A stretch of 64,000 bases of DNA from Gammaproteobacteria bacterium (GCA_963664945.1 OY761822.1:406080-470079), one strand, 5' to 3'; shown: positions 30,396 to 41,676, counted from the first letter of the stretch. Numbers and translations are program-made. Notes: a model not told the origin generated them from the sequence alone.

Positions 30396-32243
30396 TCAGC
30401 CCAGCGCCGCCTCACCCGCCCGATGACAGGCCACTAGGTTGCCCCTCAGCGGTCGAAGTTCGGGGACCTCCATCCGGCAGCGTTCCGCGGCGAATCGGCA
30501 CCGGGTCCTGAAGCGGCAGCCAGAGGGCGGGTCGATGGGTGACGGGAGGTCCCCCGGCAGCAACTCCCGGTCCCGCGCCCGCTCCTTGTCGGGGTCGGGA
30601 ATCGGCACCGCGCTGATGAGCGCCCGCGTATAGGGATGGAGGGGTGTTTCGTACAGCGCCTGGCGCGTCGCCACCTCCATGATCTGGCCCAGGTACATCA
30701 CCATGATCCGGTGACTGATGTGGCGCACCACCGCCAGATCGTGAGCGATGAAGATCAGCGCCAGGCCGAATTCGCCCTGAAGATCCATGAGCAGGTTGAT
30801 GATCTGCGCCTGGATGGAGACGTCCAGCGCGCTCACCGGTTCGTCGCAGATGATGACCCTCGGCTTGAGCACCAGGGCCCTGGCGATGCCGATGCGCTGG
30901 CATTGGCCCCCGGAGAACTCGTGGGGATAGCGGTTCAGTTCGCGGCCGCTGAGCCCCACGCGCCTCAGGACCTCCGCCACCCGCGCCCTCACCTCGTCGG
31001 CGTCGAGTTCCGGGAAGTGGGTCCACAGGGGTTCGCTGACGATGTTACCCACCGTCATTCGCGGATTCAGCGAAGCCAGGGGATCCTGAAAAATGACCTG
31101 GGCATCCCGGCGCATCTCCCGCAGCGCCCGCTTGTCCAGTTCGCCCATGCTTTGTCCCAGCAGGCACACGTTTCCAGCGGTGGTCGGCACCAGCCGGAGG
31201 ATTGCCCGGGCCAGTGTCGACTTGCCGCAGCCCGATTCGCCGACAATCCCCAGCGTCTCCCCGGGGCGCAACTCGAGATCCACCCCATCCACGGCCCGCA
31301 GCGGCCGCTTCTTCCCCAGCCAGCCGCCGGTGCGAACCGGGAAATGGACCTTGAGGTCGTCTACGCTCAAGAGCGAGGAATCCACGAGTGGAGCCGCCGG
31401 TTTGGCGGCGGCGTTCGGCCCGGAGACCTCGGTCGCCGGGGCCAAGCGCTCCACTCGCTCCGCATCCAGTCTCGGCACGGCCCTGAGCAGGGCCTTTGTA
31501 TAGGGATGACGGGGGCGGTAGAAGACATCCCGCACGTTCCCCTGCTCCTTCGATTCCCCGTCGTGCATCACGAGGACCCGTTCGCACAACCCGGCGATAA
31601 CACCCAGATCGTGGGTGATGAGCACGATGGCGGTGCCCAGCCGGCGGTTGAGCTCCCGCATCAGGTCTAGGATCTGCGCCTGGACCGTGACATCCAGCGC
31701 CGTCGTGGGCTCATCGGCCACCAGGATCTGCGGGTCCAGGAGCAGGCTCGCCGCGATCATGACCCGCTGGCGCATGCCGCCGGACAGTTCATGAGGATAG
31801 CAGTCCAGCCTTGCGGGGGCGTCGGGAATCTTGACCGCTTCGAGCATCTCCAGGCAGCGCTCCCGGGCCGCCTTGCGGGTGGCCTTGTCGTGCTCGCGCA
31901 CCACCTGGACCATTTGCTCGGCAATGGTCAGGTAGGGGTTCAGCGAGGTCATCGGGTCCTGGAATATCATCGAGATCCGCCGTCCCCGAATTCGCCGCAG
32001 AGCCCCCGGGGAGAGCCTGAGCAAGTCCTGGCCGTCGAAATGAGCCGTGCCGCTGGCCCTGCCGTTGTCGGCCAGCAGCCCCATCAGGCTCAGCACGGAC
32101 TGGCTCTTGCCGGAACCGGACTCGCCGACCACGCCCAGCGCTTCCCCCTGATCCAGGTCGAAACTCAGGTCCCTGACAGCGTGGACCTCGCCGTCGGGGG
32201 TGTCGAACCGGACACTCAGGTTACGGACTTCGAGCAGGCTCAT
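30396..32243 (-). CDS. peptide ABC transporter ATP-binding protein, fused tandem OppD/OppF-like domains
   Basis: Two Walker A motifs ([16 protein letters not shown]), two LSGG(M/Q) signatures, and a C-terminal oligopeptide-type extension. Confidence 0.9.
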   Translation of the reverse strand: MSLLEVRNLSVRFDTPDGEVHAVRDLSFDLDQGEALGVVGESGSGKSQSVLSLMGLLADNGRASGTAHFDGQDLLRLSPGALRRIRGRRISMIFQDPMTSLNPYLTIAEQMVQVVREHDKATRKAARERCLEMLEAVKIPDAPARLDCYPHELSGGMRQRVMIAASLLLDPQILVADEPTTALDVTVQAQILDLMRELNRRLGTAIVLITHDLGVIAGLCERVLVMHDGESKEQGNVRDVFYRPRHPYTKALLRAVPRLDAERVERLAPATEVSGPNAAAKPAAPLVDSSLLSVDDLKVHFPVRTGGWLGKKRPLRAVDGVDLELRPGETLGIVGESGCGKSTLARAILRLVPTTAGNVCLLGQSMGELDKRALREMRRDAQVIFQDPLASLNPRMTVGNIVSEPLWTHFPELDADEVRARVAEVLRRVGLSGRELNRYPHEFSGGQCQRIGIARALVLKPRVIICDEPVSALDVSIQAQIINLLMDLQGEFGLALIFIAHDLAVVRHISHRIMVMYLGQIMEVATRQALYETPLHPYTRALISAVPIPDPDKERARDRELLPGDLPSPIDPPSGCRFRTRCRFAAERCRMEVPELRPLRGNLVACHRAGEAALG

Positions 32244-32355
32244 GGCCCGACGCCGTGGTCAGCCGGGACTTCCGGCGGACCGATTGCGGCGAAACGCATC
32301 GTGCCGCAGACCCCTTGGTACAGGCTGACATGACAGGCGCTTCCAGGACAGGACA

Positions 32356-33246
32356 CTAGCGGTCCTTCGGGTCCAGCGCATCGCGCATGCCGTCGCCGAG
32401 GAAGTTGAAACAAAACAGCGTCATGGCGAGGAAGACCGCCGGGAAGAGCAGCAGCCAGGGGGAGCTCTGCATCTCGTCGGACCCCTCTTTCACCAGCGCG
32501 CCCCACGACGTCATGGGTTCCTGGACCCCCAGGCCGAGAAAACTCAGGAACGACTCCATGAGAATGACCTGGGGAATGGTCAACGTCACATAGACCGCCA
32601 CCACGCCCAGCAGGTTCGGCACGATGTGCCTGCGAATCACCGCGAACGTCCCTACACCCTGGGCCTTGGCGGCCTCCACGAACTCCCGGTGCTTGAGGCT
32701 CAGGGTCTGGCCGCGAACGATTCTCGCCATGTCCAGCCAGATGATGGCGCCCAGGGCGACGAAGATCAGGAAAAGGTTCCGGCCGAAGAACACCATGAGC
32801 AGGATGACGAAAAACATGAAGGGCATCGCGTAGAGGATATCCACGATGCGCATCATCAGGTTGTCCAGCCGGCCGCCGAAGTAGCCGGCAATGGCGCCGT
32901 AGCTGACGCCGATGAGCAGGCTCACCAGGGTCGCCGCCAGCCCCACCATGAGCGAGATGCGCCCGCCGTACAGGGTGCGGACGAAAAGATCCCGGCCCAG
33001 CGTGTCGGTGCCGAACAGGTGGCCGGTCTGAAGGCTTGGCCCGATGGACAGGTTGCCCCAGTCGGTGAAATCGTAGCTGTACGGGCTGAGCCAGGGGCCC
33101 ACGATGACCAGCAGGCTCATTACGCAGATGATGACTCCGGAAACCACCGCGGCCCGATTCCTGCGCAACGTCCGCCAGGCGTCCACCCACAGGCTGCGGC
33201 CGGCGACCTCCTCCTGAACGTTTGCGAGCGGAGCGGCGGCGCTCAT
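32356..33246 (-). CDS. oppC: peptide ABC transporter permease (OppC-like)
   Basis: BPD_transp_1-type permease with an OppC-like N-terminal segment. Overlaps the oppB stop. Confidence 0.85.
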   Translation of the reverse strand: MSAAAPLANVQEEVAGRSLWVDAWRTLRRNRAAVVSGVIICVMSLLVIVGPWLSPYSYDFTDWGNLSIGPSLQTGHLFGTDTLGRDLFVRTLYGGRISLMVGLAATLVSLLIGVSYGAIAGYFGGRLDNLMMRIVDILYAMPFMFFVILLMVFFGRNLFLIFVALGAIIWLDMARIVRGQTLSLKHREFVEAAKAQGVGTFAVIRRHIVPNLLGVVAVYVTLTIPQVILMESFLSFLGLGVQEPMTSWGALVKEGSDEMQSSPWLLLFPAVFLAMTLFCFNFLGDGMRDALDPKDR

Positions 33247-34166
33247 GAGTACTTGACCTTGGGATCCAGCCAGGCGTAGGCCAGGTCCACCAGCAGGTTG
33301 AAGACGATAATCAACACCCCGTAGAACACCACCACGCCCATCACCAGCGTGTAGTCGCGGTTCAGCGCCCCCTGAACGAAAAACCGCCCAAGCCCCGGCA
33401 CGCCGAAGATCTGCTCGATGACCACGGACCCGGTGATGACCGCCGCCGTGGCCGGGCCGAGGTAGGACACGACCGGCAGCAGCGCCGGCTTGAGGGCATG
33501 CCGAAGCACGATCTTGTGCATCGGCAACCCCTGCGCGCGGGCCGTGCGGATGAAGTTGCTGCGCAGCACCTCGATCATGCTGCCGCGGGTCAGCCGGGAA
33601 ATGTAGGCGATCTGGGGCAGCGCCAGCGCAATCACGGGCAGCACCATGTTGCGCGGCGAGCCGTCCCCCAGCCCGCCGGCCGGCAGCCAGCCCAGATAGA
33701 CCGCGAACACCAGAATCAGCAATGGCGCCATGACGAAGTTGGGGATGGAAATGCCCGTCATCGATGCTGACATCACCGCGTAGTCGGCGCGCGTATTCTG
33801 GCGTAGCGCTGCTATGCTTCCCGCGGTGATTCCCAGCAACAGCGCCAGGGCCATGGCGCTGCCGCCCAGCCTCAGCGAGACCGGGAAGCCCGTCATGATC
33901 AGCTCCGTGACCGAAAAGTCGCGGTATTGGAAGGACGGACCGAAATCAGCGTGCAGGAGGCCCCACAGGTAACGGCCGAACTGCTGATACAACGGCTCGT
34001 CCAGATGATAGGCCGCCCTCAGGTTCGCCTCGATCTCCGGCAACAGCGCCCTTTCCGCATCGAATGGCCCGCCCGGCGCCACGCGGATGAGGAAAAAGGC
34101 CATCGCCAACAGGATCAACAGTGTCGGCAGCGCTCCGAGAAGGCGGCGGGTCGCGTAGCGAAACAC
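33243..34166 (-). CDS. oppB: peptide ABC transporter permease (OppB-like)
   Basis: ..RRLLGALPTLLILLAMAFFLIRVAPGGPF...DFGPSFQYRD.. closely parallels E. coli OppB. Confidence 0.88.
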   Translation of the reverse strand: MFRYATRRLLGALPTLLILLAMAFFLIRVAPGGPFDAERALLPEIEANLRAAYHLDEPLYQQFGRYLWGLLHADFGPSFQYRDFSVTELIMTGFPVSLRLGGSAMALALLLGITAGSIAALRQNTRADYAVMSASMTGISIPNFVMAPLLILVFAVYLGWLPAGGLGDGSPRNMVLPVIALALPQIAYISRLTRGSMIEVLRSNFIRTARAQGLPMHKIVLRHALKPALLPVVSYLGPATAAVITGSVVIEQIFGVPGLGRFFVQGALNRDYTLVMGVVVFYGVLIIVFNLLVDLAYAWLDPKVKYS

Positions 34167-34228
34167 CAGCCTACCCCTGACCCTTCGTGCGCAATTGCTT
34201 TACGAGAACCCCGGCCGCGGCAATCGAA

Positions 34229-35857
34229 CTAATGCTTGAGGATATGGAAGTTCTTGGATCTGTGGTGATCCATGATGTTGGGGGTAAAGCCGCCCACCCA
34301 GGGTCTCACCATGCGCGCGGTGACGTAGAAATACAGCGGCATGATCGGCAGGTCCTCCAGCAATACGCGCTCGGCCTGTTGGAGGAGTTCCGCGCGGCGC
34401 TTCATGTCCCCTTCCGCCGAGGCTTCCCGAAGCAGCCGATCGTAGTCCGGACTCGAGTAGCCGGTATGGTTGAGCCCGCCTCCCGAGGCGAACAATTCCG
34501 CGAATGTGTAGGCATCGTTGTAGTCGCCAATCCACCCGCTCCGATAAATTTCCGTCTCGATCATCTGCTGGCGCGTATCCAGGAAAACCTTCCACTCCTG
34601 GTTGAGAATCTCGACCTCCACGCCCAGGGTCTGTTTCCACATGGACGCAATGGCAACGGCGATCCGTTTGTGATCTTCCTGGGTGTTGTAGAGGATCCGG
34701 GTGCGCAGCGGATTTTCCTCCGAGTAGCCGGCGAGAGCGTAGAGCCGGCGCGCCTCCTGGACCCGCTCTTGCTGGGTCCAGGCAGCTTCGGGCATTTGCT
34801 GGCCCGTGTAGTTCTGCACCGGGGGGACCCAACCGTAGGCAGGCACTTCACCGGCATTGGTGACCTGTCCCGCGATGATTTCCCGATCCACGGCCAGGGC
34901 CAGTGCTCGTCGAAGCTCCGGGCTGTTCTGGAAGGGTGGACGGGTCACGTTGAATCCAAAATAGTAGGCGCCCAGATAGGGCGAGATGACCAGTTCGTCT
35001 CGCAGGTTTTCGCGAATCCAGTCCACCTGCCGCTTGGGAATAGCGTTGGAGAGGTCCAGTTCGCCGGCCCGGAAACGGCTGAGTTCGGCCGTTTGGTCTT
35101 CTGTAGGGTAGTACCAGACTTCGTTGATCGTCGTATTGGCGTCATCCCAGTAATTCTGGTTGCGGACCAGCTTCACGTGGGATTGCACGACCCATTCCTC
35201 GAGCCGGTAGGCGCCATTGGACACCAGATTGCCCGGGCGCGCGTACTGATTGCCGTGCGCTTCGGCACTGGGCGGATGAACGGGATAACTGGCGGAATGG
35301 GTCAGCAGCCCGAGAAAGTATGGCGTAGTGTTCTCAAGCTGAATTTCCAGCGTGTACGTATCAAGCGCCCGGACGCCCACATCGGTTGTGGGAAGCTGCC
35401 CCGCCGCCGCCTCGGCGTTCAGGATCGGATTGAGGATGAACGTGTAATTCGACAGCGTCGCAGGATCCAGGCTGCGCCGCAGGCTGTAGACGAAATCGTC
35501 CGCGGTGACAGGGTCGCCGTTGGACCAGCGCGCCTCGGGGCGCAGGGAAAAGCGGTACGTCTTGCCGTCGTCGCTGATTTCCCAGGATTCTGCCGCGCCG
35601 GCTATGACGGTCCCGTCCGGCGCCTCGCTCATGAGCCCCTCGAAGAGATCGCGGCCGATGTTGGAGCCGGGTACGCCCTGGGTGCGGTGGGGGTCGAGAG
35701 AGCCCGGCTCCGCGCCGTTACCCCACCTAAGCACCTGATTCTCGGCGAGTTCCTGACCGCTCAAGCCACCGACCGGCTGAGCCTGTTCCGTTTCTGCGCC
35801 GCAGCCCCATAACCCGATCGCCACCAGAATCGACGCTGCAAAGTACTTGATTTTCAT
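34229..35857 (-). CDS. oppA: peptide ABC transporter substrate-binding lipoprotein (family 5, OppA-like)
   Basis: Lipobox ..GLWGC.., SBP_bac_5 pattern, 542 aa. Confidence 0.88.
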   Translation of the reverse strand: MKIKYFAASILVAIGLWGCGAETEQAQPVGGLSGQELAENQVLRWGNGAEPGSLDPHRTQGVPGSNIGRDLFEGLMSEAPDGTVIAGAAESWEISDDGKTYRFSLRPEARWSNGDPVTADDFVYSLRRSLDPATLSNYTFILNPILNAEAAAGQLPTTDVGVRALDTYTLEIQLENTTPYFLGLLTHSASYPVHPPSAEAHGNQYARPGNLVSNGAYRLEEWVVQSHVKLVRNQNYWDDANTTINEVWYYPTEDQTAELSRFRAGELDLSNAIPKRQVDWIRENLRDELVISPYLGAYYFGFNVTRPPFQNSPELRRALALAVDREIIAGQVTNAGEVPAYGWVPPVQNYTGQQMPEAAWTQQERVQEARRLYALAGYSEENPLRTRILYNTQEDHKRIAVAIASMWKQTLGVEVEILNQEWKVFLDTRQQMIETEIYRSGWIGDYNDAYTFAELFASGGGLNHTGYSSPDYDRLLREASAEGDMKRRAELLQQAERVLLEDLPIMPLYFYVTARMVRPWVGGFTPNIMDHHRSKNFHILKH

Positions 35858-35879
35858 GCAATAGCCCTCTTCTGCGCCC

Positions 35880-37778
35880 TCAGGCGCTCTCGCGATACTC
35901 GCGTTTCTTGAGGTGAATCAGCAGCAACGATACCGCTGCCGGCGTGACGCCTGAAATGCGCGACGCCTGACCGATGCTCGCGGGCCGCACCCGGGCGAGT
36001 TTTTCCCGCACTTCGTTGGAAAGGCCCTGCACACGGGAATAGTCCAGTCCGTCCGGCAAGGGCATGCTCTGCTGCCTGCGCTGCCTCTCGATATCGCGGG
36101 ACTGGCGCTCGATATAGCCCTGGTAGCGAGCCTGGATCTCCAGTTGCCCGGCTACCTGCGAGTACATCTCCTCGTTCAGTTTCCCGGCATCGCTGCCGGC
36201 GCCCACTCGCGGCAGCGCGACCAGATCACCGTAACGGCACTCGGGACGCCGCAGAAGCTGCTGCGCCTTCGTATCCCGCCGCAACGGCCCGAGGCGGCTG
36301 TCGGCCGGCACATCCTGCGGTCGCACGACAATCCCGGCCAGGCGTTCGGTCTCCTCGCGAATGACGCTCTGTTTGACCTCGAAACTTCGCCAGCGTTCAT
36401 CGTCCACGATACCCAACTCCCGACCCACGGGCGTCAGGCGCAGATCGGCATTGTCCTCCCGCAGCGACAGGCGGTACTCGGCGCGCGAGGTGAACATTCG
36501 ATAAGGCTCCAGGGTGCCGTTGGTCACGAGATCGTCGATCAGCACGCCGATGTACGCTTCGTCGCGGCGCGGATGCCAGGCATCGATCCCTCGACTCTCC
36601 CGCGCGGCGTTGAGCCCGGCGACCAGCCCCTGCGCGGCGGCCTCCTCGTAGCCGGTGGTGCCGTTGATCTGGCCGGCGAAATAGAGTCCCGCGACCGCCC
36701 TGGTGGCCAGGCTCGGCTCAAGCTCCCGGGGATCGAAGAAGTCGTACTCGATCGCGTAGCCCGGGCGGATAATCCGCGCCGACTCGAAACCCACGATGGA
36801 TCGGACGAATTGATGCTGCACGTCGAACGGCAGGCTCGTGGAAATGCCGTTGGGATAGATCTCGTTCGTGTCCAGCCCCTCCGGCTCAACGAAAATCTGG
36901 TGTGAGCCCTTGTCCGCGAAACGCACGACCTTGTCTTCGATCGATGGGCAATATCTCGGACCCGCACCCTCGATGGCCCCGCTGAACATGGGCGAGCGAT
37001 CCAGATTGTCGCGGATGATCTCGTGGGTTCTTTCCGTGGTACGGGCGATGTGGCAGGGAACCTGCCTGGGATGGTCCGCGCGACGGCCCAGGAAGGAGAA
37101 GACCGGCGCGGGTTCGTCCCCCGGTTGCGGCTGCAGCCGGCTGAAGTCGATGCTGCGCCCATCGATTCGCGGCGGCGTCCCGGTCTTGAGCCGGGCCACC
37201 TTCAGATTCATTTCGCGCAGCCGTTCGGCTAGCCTGACCGATGCGGGATCGCCGGCGCGGCCGCCGGCGTGGCTGGCGTCGCCGACGTGTATCCGGCCGG
37301 ACAGAAAGGTGCCCACGGTCAACACCACCGTACGCGCCGGGATCCGAAGCCCCATGCGCGTGACCACGCCCCGGACGCGCCCGCCGCGCAGCAGCAGATC
37401 GTCCACGCCCTGCTGCAGCAGGCTGAGTCCCGGTTGCGTCTCGAGCATCCGGCGGATGGCCCTGCGGTAAAGAACCCTGTCCGCCTGCGCGCGGGTGGCG
37501 CGGACCGCCGGTCCCTTGCTGGCGTTGAGCGTGCGGAAGTGGATGCCCGCGCGGTCCGCGGCCCGCGCCATGGCGCCGCCGAGCGCATCGATCTCCCGCG
37601 CCAGGTGGCCCTTGCCGATGCCGCCGATGGCCGGATTGCAGCTCATCTGGCCGAGCGTATCGAGGTTGTGGGTCAACAGCAGCGTGCGCGCGCCAGCCCG
37701 CGCCGCGGCGAGCGCCGCTTCGGTTCCGGCGTGGCCTCCGCCCACCACGATGCAGTCGAATCGATCAGGATATTCCAT
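35880..37778 (-). CDS. mnmG: tRNA uridine 5-carboxymethylaminomethyl modification enzyme
   Basis: [16 protein letters not shown]... with full-length GidA pattern. Confidence 0.96.
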   Translation of the reverse strand: MEYPDRFDCIVVGGGHAGTEAALAAARAGARTLLLTHNLDTLGQMSCNPAIGGIGKGHLAREIDALGGAMARAADRAGIHFRTLNASKGPAVRATRAQADRVLYRRAIRRMLETQPGLSLLQQGVDDLLLRGGRVRGVVTRMGLRIPARTVVLTVGTFLSGRIHVGDASHAGGRAGDPASVRLAERLREMNLKVARLKTGTPPRIDGRSIDFSRLQPQPGDEPAPVFSFLGRRADHPRQVPCHIARTTERTHEIIRDNLDRSPMFSGAIEGAGPRYCPSIEDKVVRFADKGSHQIFVEPEGLDTNEIYPNGISTSLPFDVQHQFVRSIVGFESARIIRPGYAIEYDFFDPRELEPSLATRAVAGLYFAGQINGTTGYEEAAAQGLVAGLNAARESRGIDAWHPRRDEAYIGVLIDDLVTNGTLEPYRMFTSRAEYRLSLREDNADLRLTPVGRELGIVDDERWRSFEVKQSVIREETERLAGIVVRPQDVPADSRLGPLRRDTKAQQLLRRPECRYGDLVALPRVGAGSDAGKLNEEMYSQVAGQLEIQARYQGYIERQSRDIERQRRQQSMPLPDGLDYSRVQGLSNEVREKLARVRPASIGQASRISGVTPAAVSLLLIHLKKREYRESA

Positions 37779-37805
37779 GGTCGCCCACCTTGGCAGAGCC
37801 GAATT

Positions 37806-37965
37806 CTAGCAAGCCCGCGGCAAAAGTCCCGCGGCGTTCAGCGGCCGACGCATCCCGACCGGCTGCGTGGTTCGTCGGTCGAATGTGCCCGATGGTCGCC
37901 CTTCCCGCGCCTTGCCGGCCGTTCTCGCCTGGCAGGGCGGCGCTCTGTCTCGGGCGGGGCCCGGT
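37806..37965. repeat. degenerate copy of the CTAGCAGCCCGTGGCAAAAGTCCCCC-type element
   Basis: CTAGCAAGCCCGCGGCAAAAGTCCCGC... plus downstream blocks (GCATCCCGACCGGCTGCGT, GTCGGTCGAAT, CGCGCCTTGCC) align with the reverse complement of 42050..42215. The far-end inverted terminus is missing. Confidence 0.6.
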
Positions 37966-38012
37966 GCGTTACGGCGCCGCTCTCCACCGTCGCAACGCCC
38001 GTCCGCGTTCCC

Positions 38013-38618
38013 CTACCGGCGCCTTCGCAGCCGATAGACAAAGGCCGGCGGCACGTTCATCGGCGTGAACCGCAGCAGGGAGGCCTCAAGGCCGAGCCGC
38101 CGCAGGACCGCGCGTTCAACCGGGCAACGTCCACCGTAGGTAAATTGGTGGAACGCCCCCTGCTCGCTCAGCGCCGAAAACACCCGATGCAAGAGGCGGA
38201 GCTTTCGCCCGGGCGTGAAGAGCAGCAACGGCAGGCCGCTCACCACGAAGTCCGCCGGGCCAGGCAGCACGTGAGCATGCCGGGTGAGCGCCGACGCGTT
38301 GTCCGTAATCACAGCAACACCGGGAAATCGTTTTCGCAGCATTTCGGAAAAGGCTTCATTCTGCTCGATCGCGAGCAGGTCGGCGGGCGCGACGCCGCAA
38401 GCCAGGATCGCCCGAGTCAGCGCCCCGGTGCCCGCCCCCAGCTCGATGACCCGAGAGCCCGGGGCGATGTCCGCCACCATGTGATTGGCCAGCCGCCGGC
38501 TGCTCGGCGCCACCGCACCGACCGAGCGCGGGTCCCGGACCACGGTGCCCAGGAAACGCCGCTGGCGGTCCAGCGTTGTCGACATGCCTGAAAATACGCG
38601 GCGGCGGTAATTCGTCAT
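38013..38618 (-). CDS. class I SAM-dependent methyltransferase (COG3963/PmtA-like)
   Basis: ..VGAVAPSSRRLA....VIELGAGTGALT.. motif I. Directly abuts the mnmE stop. Confidence 0.7.
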   Translation of the reverse strand: MTNYRRRVFSGMSTTLDRQRRFLGTVVRDPRSVGAVAPSSRRLANHMVADIAPGSRVIELGAGTGALTRAILACGVAPADLLAIEQNEAFSEMLRKRFPGVAVITDNASALTRHAHVLPGPADFVVSGLPLLLFTPGRKLRLLHRVFSALSEQGAFHQFTYGGRCPVERAVLRRLGLEASLLRFTPMNVPPAFVYRLRRRR

Positions 38619-39968
38619 CTACTTGCCGATGCAGAAGCTTGCGAATATCTCGCCGAGCAAATCGTCACTCGTGACCTCGCCGGTCAGTTCCCCCAACGCT
38701 CCCTGCGCCGCCCGCAGCTCTTCCGCGGCGAGTTCCAGCGCGCGTTCCGCCTGGAGTCGATTCAAGCCGGCGCCGATATGGGTCCTGGCCCGCAGCAGTG
38801 CGTCCAGATGGCGGGACCGTGCGCTGAAGGTGCCGGGAGATTCGCCTCCGAAACCCGAGACGCGCTTGAGGTGTTCCCTGAGCAGTTCGATTCCGTCTCC
38901 TGTCAAGGCTGAAAGGCGTATCGCCGACAGTCCATCGCACTCTTCGAGACCGGGCTCCTTCGGGACCAGGTCCACCTTGTTCCGAACCATCGTGAGCGCC
39001 GTATCGCCGGCAACTTCAGCGCGTGCCCGGCTCGCTTCGGCGGTCAAATCCTCCCGTATGTCCACCAACCACAACACCAGGTCAGCGCGCTGGACCGCTC
39101 GCTGCGCCCGCCGTACGCCCTCGGCTTCCAAGGGGTCGGTAGCCGGCCTGAACCCGGCAGTATCGGTAATGCAGACCGGCAAGCCGTCCACCGACAGGTA
39201 TTCGCGCAGCGGATCGCGCGTGGTCCCCGGGATCCTGGTGACGATGGCGGCATCGTATCCGGCCAGGCGGTTCATGAGGCTCGACTTGCCTGCATTGGGC
39301 GGTCCGGCGATCACGACGTTGAGGCCGTCCCGGAGCACGGCGCCTTGCCTGGCTTCGCCCAACAGCCGTTCGAGTCTTTCCGAGACGGAGATGAATCCGG
39401 CTTCGAGACCGGCGGCGGAATCCAGTTCCAATTCCTCCTCCGGAAAGTCCAGCCAGGCCTCGACGCGAACTCGCAGCGAGGTCAGCGCTGCCTGCAGTTC
39501 CTCTACCCTTTTGGAGAACGCGCCGCAAAGCGAGCGTGCCGCCGCGCGCGCGGCCGCTCGTGAACCGCTGTCAACCAGGTCCGCAACCGCTTCGGCCTGG
39601 GCCAGGTCCAGCTTGTCGTTCAGGAATGCGCGCAGCGTGAACTCCCCGGGTTCCGCCGGCCGCGCGCCGAGTCGGAAGGCCTGGTTCAACAGCCAGTCGC
39701 TGACCACCATGCCGCCGTGACCGTGCAGTTCGACCACGTCTTCACCGGTGAACGACCTCGGCCCGGGAAAAAACAGCACCATGCCCTGATCCACCGGCTG
39801 TCCCGCGTCATCCCGGAACGTACACACTTGCGCACGGCGGGGATTCAGCCGCAGGCCAGCCAGTTCCATGCCGATGTTCAACGCCTCGGCGCCGGAAACC
39901 CGAACGATCGAAACCGCCCCCCTTCCCGGTGGGGTGGCAAGCGCCGCTATCGTGTCGTGGTATGCCAA
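38619..39968 (-). CDS. mnmE: tRNA modification GTPase
   Basis: DTIAALATPPGRGAVSIVRVSG, GPPNAGKSSL, C-terminal ..FCIGK. Confidence 0.96.
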   Translation of the reverse strand: MAYHDTIAALATPPGRGAVSIVRVSGAEALNIGMELAGLRLNPRRAQVCTFRDDAGQPVDQGMVLFFPGPRSFTGEDVVELHGHGGMVVSDWLLNQAFRLGARPAEPGEFTLRAFLNDKLDLAQAEAVADLVDSGSRAAARAAARSLCGAFSKRVEELQAALTSLRVRVEAWLDFPEEELELDSAAGLEAGFISVSERLERLLGEARQGAVLRDGLNVVIAGPPNAGKSSLMNRLAGYDAAIVTRIPGTTRDPLREYLSVDGLPVCITDTAGFRPATDPLEAEGVRRAQRAVQRADLVLWLVDIREDLTAEASRARAEVAGDTALTMVRNKVDLVPKEPGLEECDGLSAIRLSALTGDGIELLREHLKRVSGFGGESPGTFSARSRHLDALLRARTHIGAGLNRLQAERALELAAEELRAAQGALGELTGEVTSDDLLGEIFASFCIGK

Positions 39969-40029
39969 GAGACCCGTCCTTCGCTCGCACGGCAGGCTGC
40001 AAACCCCTTATGCGGACAGCATGAATCCG

Positions 40030-41676
40030 TCAGTCGGCAGCGATGACCTTGTTGATCCGCCACTGCTGCAGGATGGAGAGCCCGGTGTTGGTCAGCCAGT
40101 AGAGGACCAGGCCGGCCGGAAAGAACGCGAAGAAGGCGGTGAACGCGATCGGCATGATCTGCATGATCCGGGCCTGCATGGGGTCCGGAGGGGCCGGATT
40201 CAGGCGTGTCTGGACGAGCATCGCCGCGCCCATCAGCAGCGGAAGGATGAAATAGGGATCCCGGGCGGACAGGTCCGAGATCCACAGCATGAAGGGCGCC
40301 TGGCGCAATTCGACGCTCTCGATCAATACCCAGTAGAAGGCGAAGAAAAAGGGCATCTGGATCAGGATGGGCAAACACCCGGCCGCCGGGTTGACCTTTT
40401 CCTTCTTGTACAGCTCCATCATGTGGCGGCTGAGCTGTTCGCGATTGTCCTTGTAGGTCTCCTGAAGGACCTTCATGCGCGGCTGCAGCTTGCGCATCTT
40501 CGCCATCGAACGGCCGCTGGTTTCGGTGAGCTTGTAGAACGCCAGCTTGATCAACAGGGTCGTGATCACGATCGACCAGCCCCAATTCCCCACAAACCCG
40601 AAGATCTTGTCCAGAACCCAGAACAGCGGCAACGCCAGGAAGGTGAAGATACCGTAGTCGACGGTCAATTCCAGGCGGGGTCCGGCTTCGGCAAGCTGAT
40701 TCTGCAACTTGGGGCCGACGAACAGGGTGAAGGCGAAGTCCCGCCTCTCACCGGGCGCCACCTCGACCACGTTCGTCACCGCGCTCAGCACATAGTCCGC
40801 GCCCCGGGCGGAAGCCTGGTAATGGATTTCGTCGGCGGGAGGGGGCACCGCCGCGGCCAGAAAATGGTGCTGGATACTCGCATGCCAACCGCCGGCGAGG
40901 CTCTGGCTGATGGGCTGCGTGCGCAGATCGTCCACATCGAGCTTGTCGAATTGGTCGCCATCGTAGAGCACGGGTCCTGTAAAGGAGTAGGAATCGACGG
41001 ACGTGAATGAGCGCCCCACGGGGTTGTGGCGCCTCAGGAGCTGCGCGTACGCCGCCCCGCTCCAGGCGGCATCGCCGTCATTCTCGACGATAAGGCTCAC
41101 GTCCACGGCGTATTGTCCGCGCCGAAACGTGTAGACCTTTCTGGCCCGCAGCGGGCCGGCTGCCTGCCAATCCAGGCTGACGGTGAGTTCGTCCCCCGAT
41201 TCGGAAAGCTCGTATTCGCCGCGCTCGGCGGTGAATGCGGCGAGGTGATTCGGTTCAGCCTCCCCGGAGGTGCCGCGCAACCCGGTCTGATAGACCCATC
41301 GGTCGTCGCCCGCGAAGTCCAGCAGCCTCGTCGGCACCAGGGGGTCGGCATTCTTGTCCACCGGGTACTCGGGCAGGTCGACTCGCACAAGATCGCCGCC
41401 CTGGGCATCGATGACCGCATCGAAAACGTCCGTTCGGACCCGGACCGGACGGCCGGGCCCGGATGCCTGGCTGGCGGGCAAGGTCAGTTGGGGCGCCGCC
41501 TGATCCAACTGTGGAAGGTCGGCTTCCCCGCCGGGGGCGGCGGGACCGCCCGCCGTCTGTCCTGCCGGGGCCGGTTCCACCGGCGCTTCGGGTGGATACT
41601 GGAGCAACCACGCCCGGTAGGTAAACCAGAGCGCGAGACCGAAGGTCGCCCAGAGAATCAGCCGGATGTTATCCAT
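40030..41676 (-). CDS. yidC: membrane protein insertase
   Basis: 548 aa with a large periplasmic domain and the conserved 60-kDa insertase C-terminal core. Confidence 0.95.
   Translation of the reverse strand: MDNIRLILWATFGLALWFTYRAWLLQYPPEAPVEPAPAGQTAGGPAAPGGEADLPQLDQAAPQLTLPASQASGPGRPVRVRTDVFDAVIDAQGGDLVRVDLPEYPVDKNADPLVPTRLLDFAGDDRWVYQTGLRGTSGEAEPNHLAAFTAERGEYELSESGDELTVSLDWQAAGPLRARKVYTFRRGQYAVDVSLIVENDGDAAWSGAAYAQLLRRHNPVGRSFTSVDSYSFTGPVLYDGDQFDKLDVDDLRTQPISQSLAGGWHASIQHHFLAAAVPPPADEIHYQASARGADYVLSAVTNVVEVAPGERRDFAFTLFVGPKLQNQLAEAGPRLELTVDYGIFTFLALPLFWVLDKIFGFVGNWGWSIVITTLLIKLAFYKLTETSGRSMAKMRKLQPRMKVLQETYKDNREQLSRHMMELYKKEKVNPAAGCLPILIQMPFFFAFYWVLIESVELRQAPFMLWISDLSARDPYFILPLLMGAAMLVQTRLNPAPPDPMQARIMQIMPIAFTAFFAFFPAGLVLYWLTNTGLSILQQWRINKVIAAD

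Noticed and set aside
37779-38012. oriC upstream of mnmG or near rpmH (42347..42482)
   Set aside because: No cluster of TTATCCACA-like DnaA boxes or AT-rich 13-mers was seen in either spacer. The mnmG upstream spacer is instead occupied by a repeat-element remnant.
41669-41676. Missing yidD between rnpA and yidC as a deletion of interest
   Set aside because: rnpA and yidC overlap by 8 nt, leaving no room for a degraded gene. yidD is not universally present, so this is probably lineage-typical.
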